This document shows positions 26,980-40,955 of a DNA stretch of 64,000 bases, in pieces. This DNA is from Octopus vulgaris. Its lineage: Eukaryota. The notes beneath the pieces were generated by a model. The model was not told the origin of the DNA. It saw only the letters and a program-made list of their open reading frames with translations, and did no database searches. The stretch is taken from the NCBI GenBank assembly GCA_951406725.2, contig OX597824.1:97650001-97714000 (forward strand), written 5' to 3'. Made by a program: the position numbers and the translations under genes. Numbering within the stretch: the stretch's first letter is position 1; every line of letters starts with the position of its first letter.

Positions 26980-27210
26980 GGCGGCGAGCTGGCAGAATCG
27001 TTTGCACGCCGGACGAAATACGTAGCCGTATTTCGTCTGCCGTTACGTTCTGAGTTCAAATTCCGCCGAGGTCGACTTTGCCTTTCACCCTTTCGGGGTC
27101 GATAAATTAAGTATCAGTTACGCACTGGGGTCGATGTAATCGACTTAATCCGTCTGTCTGTCCTTGTTTGTCTCCTCTATGTTTAGCCCCTTGTGGGTAG
27201 TAAAGAAACA
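26980..27210 (+). mobile_element. Full-length SINE family B
   Basis: GGCGGCGAGCTGGCAGAATCG head, B box GAGTTCAAATTCC, GTCGACTTTGCCTTTCAYCCTTTCGGGGTCGATAAA central domain, AAAGAAA tail. Confidence 0.9.
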
Positions 27211-27359
27211 TATTGTAGGAGTTCTTTTTTTTTATATCTTTTTCGTCTCTGCTCTATCTGCATTATCCAGAATCTTCCTGTTTTTATTTCATCTTTTCTT
27301 CATTATCAAGATTAGTAGGGGCTGAACTTCTCGCTACGTTCTTGGACCTCAGCTCGAAA

Positions 27360-27501
27360 CAATTTATCAACCCCGAAAGGATGAAAGGCAAAGTAGACCT
27401 CGGTGGAATTTGAACTCAGAACCTAATGGCAGACGTTACGCATTTCGTCCGTCGAAAGCATTTCGCCCGGCGTGCTAACGTTTCTGCCAGCTCCTCGCCG
27501 C
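27360..27501 (-). mobile_element. SINE family B, 5' part (inverted relative to 26980-27210)
   Basis: Reverse complement of the head and central domain. Confidence 0.85.
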
Positions 27502-27939
27502 CTTTATTCCTTTTTAAAGCTTTTCTCACTTCACCGTCTTCGAGATACAGTCGTTTCATGTTCTTCACCTCATCCAGTCACATATCACCAAAAGTCACTG
27601 TACTGCTGACCCCTGGACCATATTGGATCCCGAAGGATACAATGAACCAACCGTTATCTTCAACTCCAATCTCTTTCACGATGACCCTCAAAATTCTTTG
27701 ACCCATATATTCTGGGATTAACAAAATGATCGCTAAGTTTGTTTCCCTGTGCAATCTTCAGTTGTACAAACGATATATACAGACTTTTTCCTCAAAGGCA
27801 TTGCAATCATGACCGCCCATTTGTTTTCCAGGAAGAATATAGTAAGGTTTGGAATGAGGGAGATTAACTGCTGTTTCTTGTTGGTTCGTATAATTTTCTC
27901 ATAATGGTAAAGATATACATGCGTGCGTATGTAAATGAG

Positions 27940-28200
27940 CAGTGGCGGATCTACTATAAAACTAATGAAGCTTAAGCTTCAGGGTCCCTAATCCCAGAGG
28001 GGCCCCTCTGAAGCAACTTCATTTTTTCATTCTCTCAATATTTTTGTATTTGTATTTTGCCAAACAGATTGCAGTTACCAGTCTTAGTGGACAACGTCGT
28101 CTCATATTCCCACGCAGTCTGGATACGCAGTGTCTAACCACTCGCTGTTTCACCCGCTGTTTCTGATAATGTGAAGTATAAACAATGAAAGTACAAACGG
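27940..28200 (+). mobile_element. hAT-like DNA transposon left end
   Basis: CAGTGGCGGATCT start followed by TGAAGCTTAAGCTTCAGGG..GGGCCCC subterminal motif; no partner TIR seen. Confidence 0.45.
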
Positions 28201-28269
28201 CTCGCTGATAATTCGATTTTCTTGAATTATTTTCGAAATTTCAGCCCGACCCCTTCTATCATCAAATAT

Positions 28270-28690
28270 GTCAACTACTACATCAGAACGGAAGAGATAA
28301 GAATTCTTATTTTTTAAGCGGACACCATTATCATCTGCGAACGCATGGAAAACGAACCTCCACCAACTATTCTGTCGATATGTCTGTGCACACCTTTGAA
28401 TGCAATGTATGCCAGAAGGTTAGCAAATCTAAAGGCCTCAAAAGACATTTTAAGATCCACAAAGATCAGAACTTATCTGCAGCTCTTGGTGGTCCAAATC
28501 AGATATCCAATCTATGTGGGTGTCTTTCCAGAACATTGTCTGCTTTAAAGAGCCACATCAGATGCCATGATGGATCTAAGGTGTAGGTACAGGAGGTGGT
28601 CAAACACTGTATGAGTAGACAACCACAATGTATGTATGTATGTATGTATGTATGTATGTATGTATGTATGTATGTATGTATGTATGTACA
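28270..28690 (+). mobile_element. RTE-BovB-like LINE 3' end with C2H2 fingers and (TATG)n tail
   Basis: FECNVCQKVSKSKGLKRHFKIH..LCGCLSRTLSALKSHIRCH, then GGAGGTGGTCAAAC..GAGTAGACAACCA and (TATG)n. Confidence 0.65.
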
Positions 28691-29424
28691 TTGTTTAAGT
28701 AATAAGCTTATTAAATTGGACGGGAAACTCCCTGTGATATGGTTATGGCCTTAAGAATATTAAAGATGGTGATCTTAAACTTTCTAATTTCTTGTCCTTT
28801 CCACTTTGAGAGCTCGACCAACCCAAGTGGTATTTGGCTTCTGTTTCATAAATTATGCAGATGACATCTCTCTGGAACTAACGAATCTATTGAATTGCCT
28901 TCAGTCACATTATTGGAAACTCATTAAAGGATCCTCACATCTTGCGGTTCCCAACGGAACAAATGAAGTAAAGTGTATTGCCACAGGTTTTCTGGGATTT
29001 CAAAGTCGTATTGCCATATCCTACCTGGCGTCATACATGTCAATATATACATATGTGCAAAAGAAAATCATATATGTGCGTGTGTGTGTGTGCGTGTGTG
29101 TATGTGTGTATGCGTGTGTGTGTATATGTCGGTGTTTGCGTGGGTGGGTGTGTGAGTGTGTGTATGTGTGTGTGTGTGCGTATGTATGTACGAATGTATG
29201 TATATGGATATGTGTAAACTTAATCATCTATGTACTTTCATTGTGTATCACTCGGTGCAAATACGCCATATTAACAGGGGGATGCATCGGATCTTGCCTT
29301 AGGAATACTCGTAATTCTATACCAATCAGAGAACCTTACGTTTGCCTCGTGTATTTGTATTAGCAGAGCATTTGTTAACCAGTATTCTATCCAGACTGAT
29401 TATCCCTGCTTAATATATCATTTC

Positions 29425-29505
<81 letters not shown>

Positions 29506-29580
29506 TGTATCTGTGTGTGTGCGCGCGTTATCTTGAACATAATTACTACTTCCGAGGTTCCGCTAGCTATGAAATATATC

Positions 29581-29623
<43 letters not shown>

Positions 29624-29859
29624 TCATACTTCAGCTTACGTTGTATCGATTTAAGTCATTCTCGGTTATACGTCGGTTTTCAAAAATTATATATGGAAAA
29701 ATAGAAATTTACGTTCAGTCATTTTACACGACTTTACGTTTGTCCGCCACAAATATTGGAATCTTGAAATCACTACAAAATCGTTAAAAACGCATAAAAT
29801 ACGAACAGTAAATGCTAAGATACACACCATGTTAAGATACACACCGTATATATATATGC

Positions 29860-29914
<55 letters not shown>

Positions 29915-30057
29915 CATGTCTCTCTGCATATGTGTGTGTATTTACTGAATAAGATGAAAAATGGTCTTACTTTCTTTTTGTTAGGAAATAAGATAAATTG
30001 TGAAACTGTAAATACCATTGATTCGTACATGTTGGTTTTGGACGCAAATATATAATC

Positions 30058-30109
<52 letters not shown>

Positions 30110-30621
30110 CATATTATATGTTCTTACATATATACATACATATATACATATAAGTGTGTGTATATTTGTACGTTTGTATACATAAGAATGTATGTATGTA
30201 TATCGATAAATATACATATGGGTCTAGGGACGTTCGGAAATATAATTAATAACACTTTTGATAGTTTTCGAAGAAATATTTTTAAAAATATAAAAAGAAA
30301 TATTCAATGATTTATCGAGATTTGAATTAAATGTCAGGTTGTGTTAAAGTTGTAAAATTTAGAAACTTTTAATATATAAATCAAATATAATTGATTGTAC
30401 ATAATCTGCACATTTCAACGATGCTTTAGAAAGTCATTTACGATAACAATAAAATAGAAAAGAAAGCCAGGACAGGAAATCTTTATGCTCTTCGGAATGA
30501 TATGCCGGACTAGAACAATTATAAATGGCGTCGATTGCTTAGATATCAGTTAATTACTGGTGCCAATGGGATTGATTTTGTCGTGTTGTGCTTGTGGTAG
30601 AATTATCATAGTAATTATTAA

Positions 30622-30852
30622 GGTGGCGAGCTGGCAGAAACGTTAGCACGCCGGGCGAAATGCGTAGCCGTATTTCGTCTGCCGTTACGTTCTGAGTTCA
30701 AATTCCGCCGAGGTCGACTTTGCCTTTCATCCTTTCGGGGTCGATAAATTAAGTACCAGTTACGCACTGGGGTCGATATAATCAACTTAATCTGTTTGTC
30801 TGTCCTTGTTTGTACCCCTCTGTGTTTAGCCCCTTGTGGGTAATAAAGAAAT
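30622..30852 (+). mobile_element. Full-length young SINE family B with ~20-bp TSD
   Basis: TSD AATTATCATAG(T/A)AATTATTA at 30601-30620 and 30855-30874. Confidence 0.9.
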
Positions 30853-31439
30853 GAAATTATCATAGAAATTATTACTATTAGAAGGGTCATGAGTGGAGTG
30901 GTAAGATGATGAACTCATAGAGCAAAGAACTTAGTGATTTGTGGTGCTGAGTTGCAATCATTTAAATTCTGCGGTCAAATCGCGTCGTAGTCTCTTTTGC
31001 CTGTGAGTTTTTCTATGGACAACTTACGTATAATAATGGCGAGTGTAGAATAATAGTTGTACCGTGTATATTGTATCGTATTGTTTGTGTTTCCAAAGCA
31101 CTTCCAGCCAAAAGTTTGGGGATAGCAAGCGGAATAGCGTTGTGCTCACTGCTAGAAATAGATGGGCAAATACTTCGTCCCTTAACGGGGCTAATCTGCA
31201 ATATCATGATTTCATCGAGCCATGAGGAAGAAATAATAACTGCAGCTGGAAACCTACAGTCAGAGTAAACGTAGGAAGAAGAAAGAGGACAATTACAAAA
31301 AGATAAAATTACACGGTTTTAAAGAACAAAAATAGGTGAAAAGGGGAGAGTGAAATCCCACCTGGGAAAACTAACGAAGAAAATCGAAACGAAGATAGAC
31401 TCACGAGTCACCAAAAATTGAACAGGTAACAAACAAATT

Positions 31440-31940
31440 TACACATCGAGGCCAAATTGCATCCTGATATCATCACTAAATTGTTTAACAATCGCTTGTT
31501 AGCCCTGTAGCTGTTGGTCATTTGTCGCAAAGAGCTTTAAATCATCCATGTAAATGAGACGATTTATATTTTTAACAAACATTTTATAACCGTACTGTGC
31601 CTCATTGAGCAATTTTGAGAAAGGTATTAAAGCTAGACAAAAGAGGAGTGGTGATAGTGAATCACCCTGGAAAATGTCACATGGAATTCTTACATCTCCA
31701 CTATTAAGAGATTCATTGTCACTGTTCAAAGTTAGTGTGATTCTCCATGATCTCATACTTACAGACAAAGTGTTTCGCAGATTAGGCGCTATTTTATACA
31801 ATTCCAGGCATTTCTTAATCCAGCTATATGGTAGGCTACCAAAAGCTTTTTTATAGTCTATTCAGGCTATTGACAAGTTTTTCTGTCGTTTGTGACAATC
31901 TTCTAAGATCATCTTATTGATGAGTAGCTTATCTTTACAA
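31440..31940 (-). mobile_element. R4/Dong RT core fragment
   Basis: YKKAFGSLPYSWI, IFQGDSLSPLLFCLALIP, LIYMDDLKLFATNDQQLQG; abuts (TTA)n at 31941. Confidence 0.9.
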
Positions 31941-31986
<46 letters not shown>

Positions 31987-32111
31987 GTTGTTGTTGTTAT
32001 TGTTTTTGTTGTTATTGTTAACTTTGCTATTCTACACTTGTTCTGACACTTTTATTCAGTTGGTGTTCGCCTGTTTTTAAGTGGTGTGTGTGTGCGTGCG
32101 TGCGTGCGTGC

Positions 32112-32180
<69 letters not shown>

Positions 32181-32645
32181 GCGTTTGATGATAAGTTACA
32201 AATAACAATAAACATTTGCTTATGGAAAGACTCAATAATGATAGGCGAGTCACATTTATTACGCATAAAGAGTCTGACTGAGACTCTATCCATTCCAAAT
32301 TTGACGGTCACAGCAACTTCAAACAGTTATCAAAATACGGCAGTTGTGGACAGTTTTGTAGTAATAAGTTCGATAAAACGGATGGAGATGAGGCGGATTT
32401 GATGAAGGGAGGAGTTACTATGAAATATAGTTTCTAGATAATTGGTAACATTGAAATAAAGTACGATATTTTATTGCTGTGATATCATACTTAAGCATCT
32501 CATGTTGTTAAATCTGGTTTAATGAATTAATGGGGCGAAGAAAACATATATTTATACACTACTTTTCAGATACTCTATACATACATACATACATACATAC
32601 TTATATACATACATATGCATACAAATGTGTGTGTATGCATGTATC

Positions 32646-32678
<33 letters not shown>

Positions 32679-32792
32679 GGTAAATTCAAAAGAGAAGTAG
32701 AGAAAAAGAAAGAAGCAAAACAGCAAGCAAACGTGTGTACGAAGCACAAGTATTGTATTAATATGACGCTCAGAGAAAGAAGAGAGTAGTTA

Positions 32793-32826
32793 TTTTATGT
32801 TTCGAGCACAGCTCTTCTTCGGAAAC
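32793..32826 (-). ncRNA. Degenerate PLE-type minimal hammerhead motif
   Basis: TTT-CCGAAGA-A-GAGC-TGT-GCTC-GAAAC-ATA-AAA; U4 to C change in the core. Confidence 0.45.
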
Positions 32827-32865
32827 AGGAAAAACAGGAAATTCCAAAGAGAAAGAATGAAATGC

Positions 32866-32931
<66 letters not shown>

Positions 32932-32934
32932 CTA

Positions 32935-33084
32935 TGTGGCTGTGTAATAAAATTTTTTACTCCCCAACCACATGATTCCGGGTTCAATTCTAGTGAGTCT
33001 AACCTTGAGCAAGTGTCTTCTATTATAGCCTTGGGCCGACCGAACCTTTGTCAGTGGATTTAGGGGCCGGAAATTGAAAGAAGC

Positions 33085-33090
<6 letters not shown>
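32935..33090 (+). mobile_element. SINE family A, tRNA-like 5' half
   Basis: TGGCTGTGT..CCCAACCACATGATTCCGGGTTCAATTC..CTTGAGCAAGTGTCTTCTA..AAAGAAGCCC. Confidence 0.8.
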
Positions 33091-33134
<44 letters not shown>

Positions 33135-33551
33135 TGTGTGCGTGTCTTCGTGTCTGACACCCGGTGTTGGTTTGAGCGGTGGTAATGACTCCCTCAAAGT
33201 GCCGGGTGTTGAAACACTTGAAATTCATAGACAAGCAAGACAACTCACCCTTAATCCCATTCAAGAGAAATGCGCATCGATGTTTCACCACGTTTGTGGG
33301 TTATTAGCATCAACTAATCTAAACGAGTCGGAGGCGATTCTAGTTTATGACTATACAGAAATAGTGCAAAAACGATTTGCTGGTGTGACGCGACGGTGCA
33401 TCCGTAAAAGTAAATCCAAATATGAACTGGAAGCCACGATAGCGTTGTAAGTATTCTCCAGCACAGACATAGTGTATGGGCACTGCTTGTTGACCGGTAG
33501 GGTGCGGTTTAGCGAGATGGGGATTACTCTTTTAAAGGGCCGGGTGCTTTG

Positions 33552-33581
33552 AAGAAGAAAGAAGAAGAAGAAGAAGAAGAA

Positions 33582-33665
<84 letters not shown>

Positions 33666-33708
33666 GGTGGTGGTGGTGATGATGATGATGATGAAGATGA
33701 TGATGATT
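33552..33708. repeat. (GAA)n(GAT)n(GGT)n trinucleotide array
   Basis: Direct reading. Confidence 0.95.
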
Positions 33709-33787
33709 TACTGAGAAGGATTTAAAGAGGTCACTTCAGGAACGCCTTTGACAATCGGTGCGTTGGATGAGGACTTAGCTGTGGCTA

Positions 33788-33827
<40 letters not shown>

Positions 33828-34069
33828 GGCACATGTAGTAAGAAGGAGCACAACATGAGAAAAACAAGAGTAACAAGAACCTGCCGATTCATCAATATTG
33901 ATCGGTTCATTCTTTTAATGAGGTTCCATAATATCTTCAATTAAGATACACCAGTATCGATTAATTACAGGTGTGTCTCCTAATTAATTCATAATCAATA
34001 GAGAGTTTTATTTATGTTACCTTCCAAAAGTATCCTACACTCTGTTTTGTATATAAAACATATCTATAA

Positions 34070-34936
34070 ATTAATGTGTATACATACATGCACATACACA
34101 CACACATTTATTTATGTATAGATACATATGTATATTTGTATATATACATATATTTATGCATACATGCACATATACACACACACATAATACGTACGTACAT
34201 ACATACATACATACATACATACATACATACATACATGCGCATACATACATACGTATGTACGTACATACATACATACGTACATACATACAGTGCCTTCGTC
34301 AGAGGAAGAATTTAATTAAAAACAGAAGAGAACATGCATATATACACATATACGTGCATGTATACATAACATATACGTACATACATACATACATACACAC
34401 ATACATACATGCATTCATACATAGCTACATATAAACATACATACATACATACATAATAAACATACGTACATACATACATATACACATACATACATGCATG
34501 CATTCATACATACCTACATATAAACATACATATATACATGCATACACACACACATACATACATACACACAGACATACGCGCATGCATACGTACAAACATG
34601 CATACATATATGCATGCATATATACACACGTACATGCATACATACATACAAACATACATGCATACATACATACATACATGCATACATACATACATACATA
34701 CATACATGCATACATACATACATACATACATACATACATACATACGTACATACATACATACATACACATGCATACATACATACATACATACATACATACA
34801 TACATACATACATACGTGCGTACATACATACATACATACACGCATACATACATACATACATACTGACAGACAGACATACATACGTACGTACATACATACA
34901 TACACGCATACATATATACATACATACATACATACA

Positions 34937-34970
<34 letters not shown>

Positions 34971-35032
34971 CATACATACATACATACATACATACATACA
35001 TACATACATACATACATACATACATACATACA

Positions 35033-35068
<36 letters not shown>

Positions 35069-35090
35069 TACACGTACAAACACGTACAAA
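34070..35090. repeat. ~1-kb (CATA)n compound microsatellite
   Basis: Direct reading; source of the MYVC/HTYI ORFs. Confidence 0.95.
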
Positions 35091-35679
35091 CACAGAGTCA
35101 TAAAATCCGTTTGTATCTTATCTAAAATTAGTCCAAACTTTCTCCTATTTTATCAGAATTAATCAGTGAAAATCGTATATGAAACCATTGCGTGAAACCT
35201 TGATTCATAGATTCGTTTTGCTCGAAATTCTTAACTCTTAATATGTCCTCCAGTATTATGTATGTACAAAATGTAAAGCTGCGATTCAAAGGTTCAAGGC
35301 ATTCTTTGCTGATTTTCTATTCTACATTAAGTTGCCTCAGTTATGGCCGCCCCAAAAGCAACGTTTCTTTGGCCAATGTCTCCCTCTTGATATCAATGAT
35401 TCATTTAAGGCGGCGAACTGGCAGAATGTTTAGCACGACGGGCGAAATGCTTAGCGGCATTTCTTCCTTCTTTATGTTTTGAGTTCAAATCCAACCGAGG
35501 TCGACTTTGCTTTTATCTCTTCTGAGACGACAAAGTTGATTGCAAGGGTCGATATAATCAACTTTTTCCCTCCATCCCTCCACACTCCGAAACAGCTGGC
35601 ATGGTGCCAAATATTTCTAACCAATATCAGTGATTAGTTCGATGTGTTTCCGCCTCAATCGTGTCTCTTTCCTCTTAGC

Positions 35680-36530
35680 TATTAAGATAAAAGAACTGAG
35701 AAATGCAGAAGGAATCTTCGTACAATCTGACAAAACTAGAAACTTATATAAATTAGATATAGAAACATATGATAGTTTACTAGAGAAAGAAATCAATAAA
35801 AAAAAAATAAAATAGCCGGTTCACGCTTTACGAATTGCCATCATTTCAAAAATGCTTCCATTTTCTAAGTTAGTTTTCGAAACAGATTTAAAGTCTATTG
35901 TTATTCTAACATTTAACCTGGGGTCATTTTCCTTGATTCATTTTTGTACCGAAATTCATTATTCCAAAAGTCTGACAGAAAGAGACACTGAAAACAAATA
36001 AACTAAACAAAGTCTTAATTAAGGAGTTTTGTTCCTTTGGCTGATGAGCTTTTTGTAATTTCATAATATTTATTACGTATTTTTAATGTCAGTGTTGTTA
36101 TGGGAAGTTTTTTGTTTCCTTTGTCTGTATCTTAAACGGTTTGAATTATTTTAGTGAAAAAAGTTGTTTTTAATGATTCGCTAACAAAAATAAATCAACA
36201 GCGTTTGTGTTTATCTCTTTATCGTTTGTTGGGCCGATTTGAAACCTCAGCAACAGATGTCGGTCTCAAGAAGTCGACGGACATTTTACAAATGTTTAAT
36301 GGTGGAAATCTAATTCGATTTTATGAGTTGATAATTTTATGAGGTAATTATTGATTGAGAAACGCATAAAACAGAAACGAAAGAAGTCGAAATGGAATAT
36401 AGTCGAAGTAGTTTTGTATTCTTTAGTTGTCTTGTACGTATTTATTTGGTTTTTTGGTTCTATGGGCGGTGGCTTTTGTTGTTTAAAACCAGATCAATCC
36501 TATTTGGAGAAATGTCGAGAGGTGGCAGCC
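35680..36530 (+). mobile_element. Internally deleted Penelope-like element
   Basis: IKELRNAEGIFVQSDKTRNLYKLDIETYDSLLEKEINKK (PLE pre-RT DKT..Y motif), then a TNCHHFK C-terminal-like piece and CTGATGAGC at 36041. Confidence 0.6.
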
Positions 36531-37399
36531 ATATAATCAAATGTAGTTCCACCCATGACTATGCTGTTTTTTATTCAGACTAATTTCATCTTGGAATACA
36601 TCATATAATGTGTCCTTTCTTTAAATATAATAGCATGTAATTCGAAGTGGGGTTTGGTTCCTATTTCTAGTTCCTCGATCAACCATGTAGTAGCCCCTTC
36701 CCTTGGCTCCTAATTGCCATTTTGTTCAGCCATGTAGAGGCAAGCATCCTGGTCAAGCCTGAAATCTAGGGGGAAAAGGATTTCTCAATGCATTGGCCCA
36801 GGTTGTTCCATTCCCTGTACCAATTCCTACAAAAGAGCATCTGAGGAAAGGGCTCCTTGCTGAACACCTGCCACCAAATAGGACAGTGTTTGGGACCCGT
36901 GTGTAACATCTACTGATGCTTACAGGGGACATGTAGTTGGCCTCTTGATCTGATACAAATATCCGAAATTACTGCTAAACGCCCTTCAAAATCACAGCCA
37001 ACAATTTTTGAAACGGGCACACTGGCAAACGTTATAGCTCTGTGTACACAATTTTTTAAAGAAAGGACTGGTTCGTCATGGCTGGAATGGATTTTAATCA
37101 TATATCTGTTCGATGAGGACTAGTCTGGGGCTTCACAACAATAACAACTATTTCAAACAACAATAATAAATGATTAGGATATTCAAATATATTATAAACG
37201 TCTCACAAACACTGGACGTTTAGTAATGGCGACATCGTATTGTATGTAACAACGCCAAAATTTTATCAAAGAGATTACAATAATACACAAACGATATATG
37301 TATATATATGGAAAAAGATGGAAAGAGAGAGAGAGTGGGAAAGAAGAACAGAGGCATAGATTGATGAATGGATGTGTATGTGTGCGTGTGAGTAATAAC

Positions 37400-37510
37400 T
37401 GAGCGAAACTGAAGGTCTACCAAGCAGTTGTACTGCCGCCTACGCTACTGTATGCCTACGAGACTTAAGCGGCTTACGAACGCCACGCGAAAAAAGCTAA
37501 ACTGCTGCCA
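37400..37510 (+). mobile_element. RTE-BovB RT-thumb fragment
   Basis: KLKVYQAVVL-PTLLYAYET*AAYERHAKKLN. Confidence 0.75.
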
Positions 37511-37560
37511 TTAGGGTTCCGTTGTCGAATGTATATATATATCATATTAGAGGAAAAATC

Positions 37561-38015
37561 AAAACCAAGGCAGAATGAATATCTCAAGTCATTTAGAATA
37601 ATTTAACTTGAGGTCTCACAGCCGTTTCTGGGATAAGCCAAGTGGTAGGTTAGAATGTCCATGCACTGGGTATCCGGTCATCAGAGACAAGGTGGGAATA
37701 TTTTAGACGGGGAAGAATTTACAGTTTACAAGGAATAACATTCACAGTTTATAAGGAATAAAATAGAAGAGTAAAGGAGCACAATGGGAGAATAAAGAGT
37801 AAAAGTAGACAGAAGATTGCAGGTAGGAGAATAGCGTTCATAGCTCCTCTTTTTCCAGACGATATGGATGTTGGTCGGTCCTTCCATGAGGGGACAGGTC
37901 TTTAGTTAAAATCCCAGGTAAATTCAGGTGGTATTTTGAATGATGTATTCATATTGTAAATGTGTATATAGAAAGTATGATAGAGATAAATGGGTTTTGT
38001 GAGTGGGTGTATGGG

Positions 38016-38053
<38 letters not shown>

Positions 38054-38482
38054 AAAGGGAGAAAAAGAGATAGGAGAAAGGAATAAAAATATAGTGGTAA
38101 AAGGGTAAAAAAATATGAATAAAATAAGAATGAAATAAAATAAAATAAAAATATAAATAAAATAATGATAAAAATAATACGATAAAATAAAAGTAAGTTA
38201 ACGGTAGACATATCATAAATGGGTTTTGTGAGTGTGTTATGGAAGGGAGGAGAAAGAGAGAGAGGTGAAAGAGATAAAAAAATGAAATGAGATAGAGGTA
38301 ACAAAATTTTTTTTTTTTATAAGTATAAAATAAGAATAAGGGTAAAAAATAAGAAAAATAAAAATAAACAAGAACACTCAGAGAGCGCAAACCTCCGCCA
38401 AGGCAACACCAACGTCCTCTCAACGATTAACCAGGAAAAGTCAAAACCAAGGCAGAACGAATATCTCAAGTCATTTAGAATA
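37561..38482 (-). mobile_element. Non-coding PLE/retrozyme-like unit bounded by 40-bp direct repeats, with a hammerhead motif
   Basis: AAAACCAAGGCAGAAYGAATATCTCAAGTCATTTAGAATA at 37561-37600 and 38443-38482; hammerhead motif at 37613-37688 (-). Confidence 0.6.
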
Positions 38483-38494
38483 TTAATAATAATA

Positions 38495-39130
<636 letters not shown>

Positions 39131-39131
39131 A

Positions 39132-39214
<83 letters not shown>

Positions 39215-40384
39215 GTATTCAGAGAGAATCGGGTACTTGAAAAGATATGCACCAGGGAGGGCTGGATAAACCTGTGGTCCCTGCCTATGATTGATAAATA
39301 TAAAATAGGCTATTCCGGATTTTATACATAGAGAAAACCAGCCCTCTGAGTATTTAGCGCCAAGAGGTTGGTCCAAAACGCACGCTACGTTGATTAACGT
39401 TGTTGGTATACTCCAGAGTGTCCGACGCGTCGTAAATCTATTTCCATGGTAAGCCTCGACAGACTTCAGCCACGTCCCTGCCGTATTCTTGGGATATTTT
39501 TTTGTTTTTGAAATTATGTTTCATCTGATGATTACGGTTTTTTTTTTACAATGAAGTAATGATCTCATTCTTCAATTATAAAAATGCGTAAGAAACAGCT
39601 GTAATGACAATTATCCATCGGCTGTTATTATTCATTTGACTATATGTGCGTGTGCGTGTGTATGTATATATATATGTGTGTGTGTGTGTGTGTATATATA
39701 TTTATATAAAACGTATAGGTATACGTATAGGTATACATATAGCTTACATGTGTGTATTTATCTATAAATAAATGTGTATAGGCATTGTTGGTGAAATATG
39801 GCCGATTGGTTAAGAAAGTTGTCTCCCAACCACGAGGTCCTCAGATCAATCCGACAGCGTGACATATTGGTCAAATGTCGTTTCCTATGGTCTCCTGTCG
39901 ACCTCGGCCTCATGAGTGGAATTAGGTAGACAAAATCGGTAAAGAAATCCGTATGCAAAAGCTTTACAGGTTGTCGGTACCATGACATTCTGTCTATGCT
40001 TTAACACACACATACGCACATAATTATGTGTTTAGCAAAACGGAATTATAAGAGACTGCATACGTCTGAGATATGCACATAATAAGCACTTTGTATTTTC
40101 GTTTCAAAGCACATACACACACACACACACACAAATACATACAGTATATATATATATTTATATATGTATGTATGTATATATATAGTGTGTGTACGTGTAC
40201 GCACGCACCTTTCGGATAAAATCACAAAGTACTTATTATGCGCATATCTAAGACGTATGTAGTGTCTTGTAATTAACATACGTACTTGCATGCAAACATA
40301 TACATATATACATTTGTTCAACAAAACTACAAAAGAAATAGTAGACAATGCAACGGAGTATTCATGTATGTGTGTGCACGTGTG

Positions 40385-40940
<556 letters not shown>

Positions 40941-40955
40941 AGTTGTATGTATATA

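Noticed and set aside
28380-28586. Host C2H2 zinc-finger gene
   Set aside because: No TGEKP linkers, degenerate second finger, and followed by an RTE-type 3'UTR and microsatellite tail.
28850-28920. INYADDISL in ORF 28806-29363
   Set aside because: Probably a tiny LINE RT relic; too short to classify, and the ORF continues into (TG)n.
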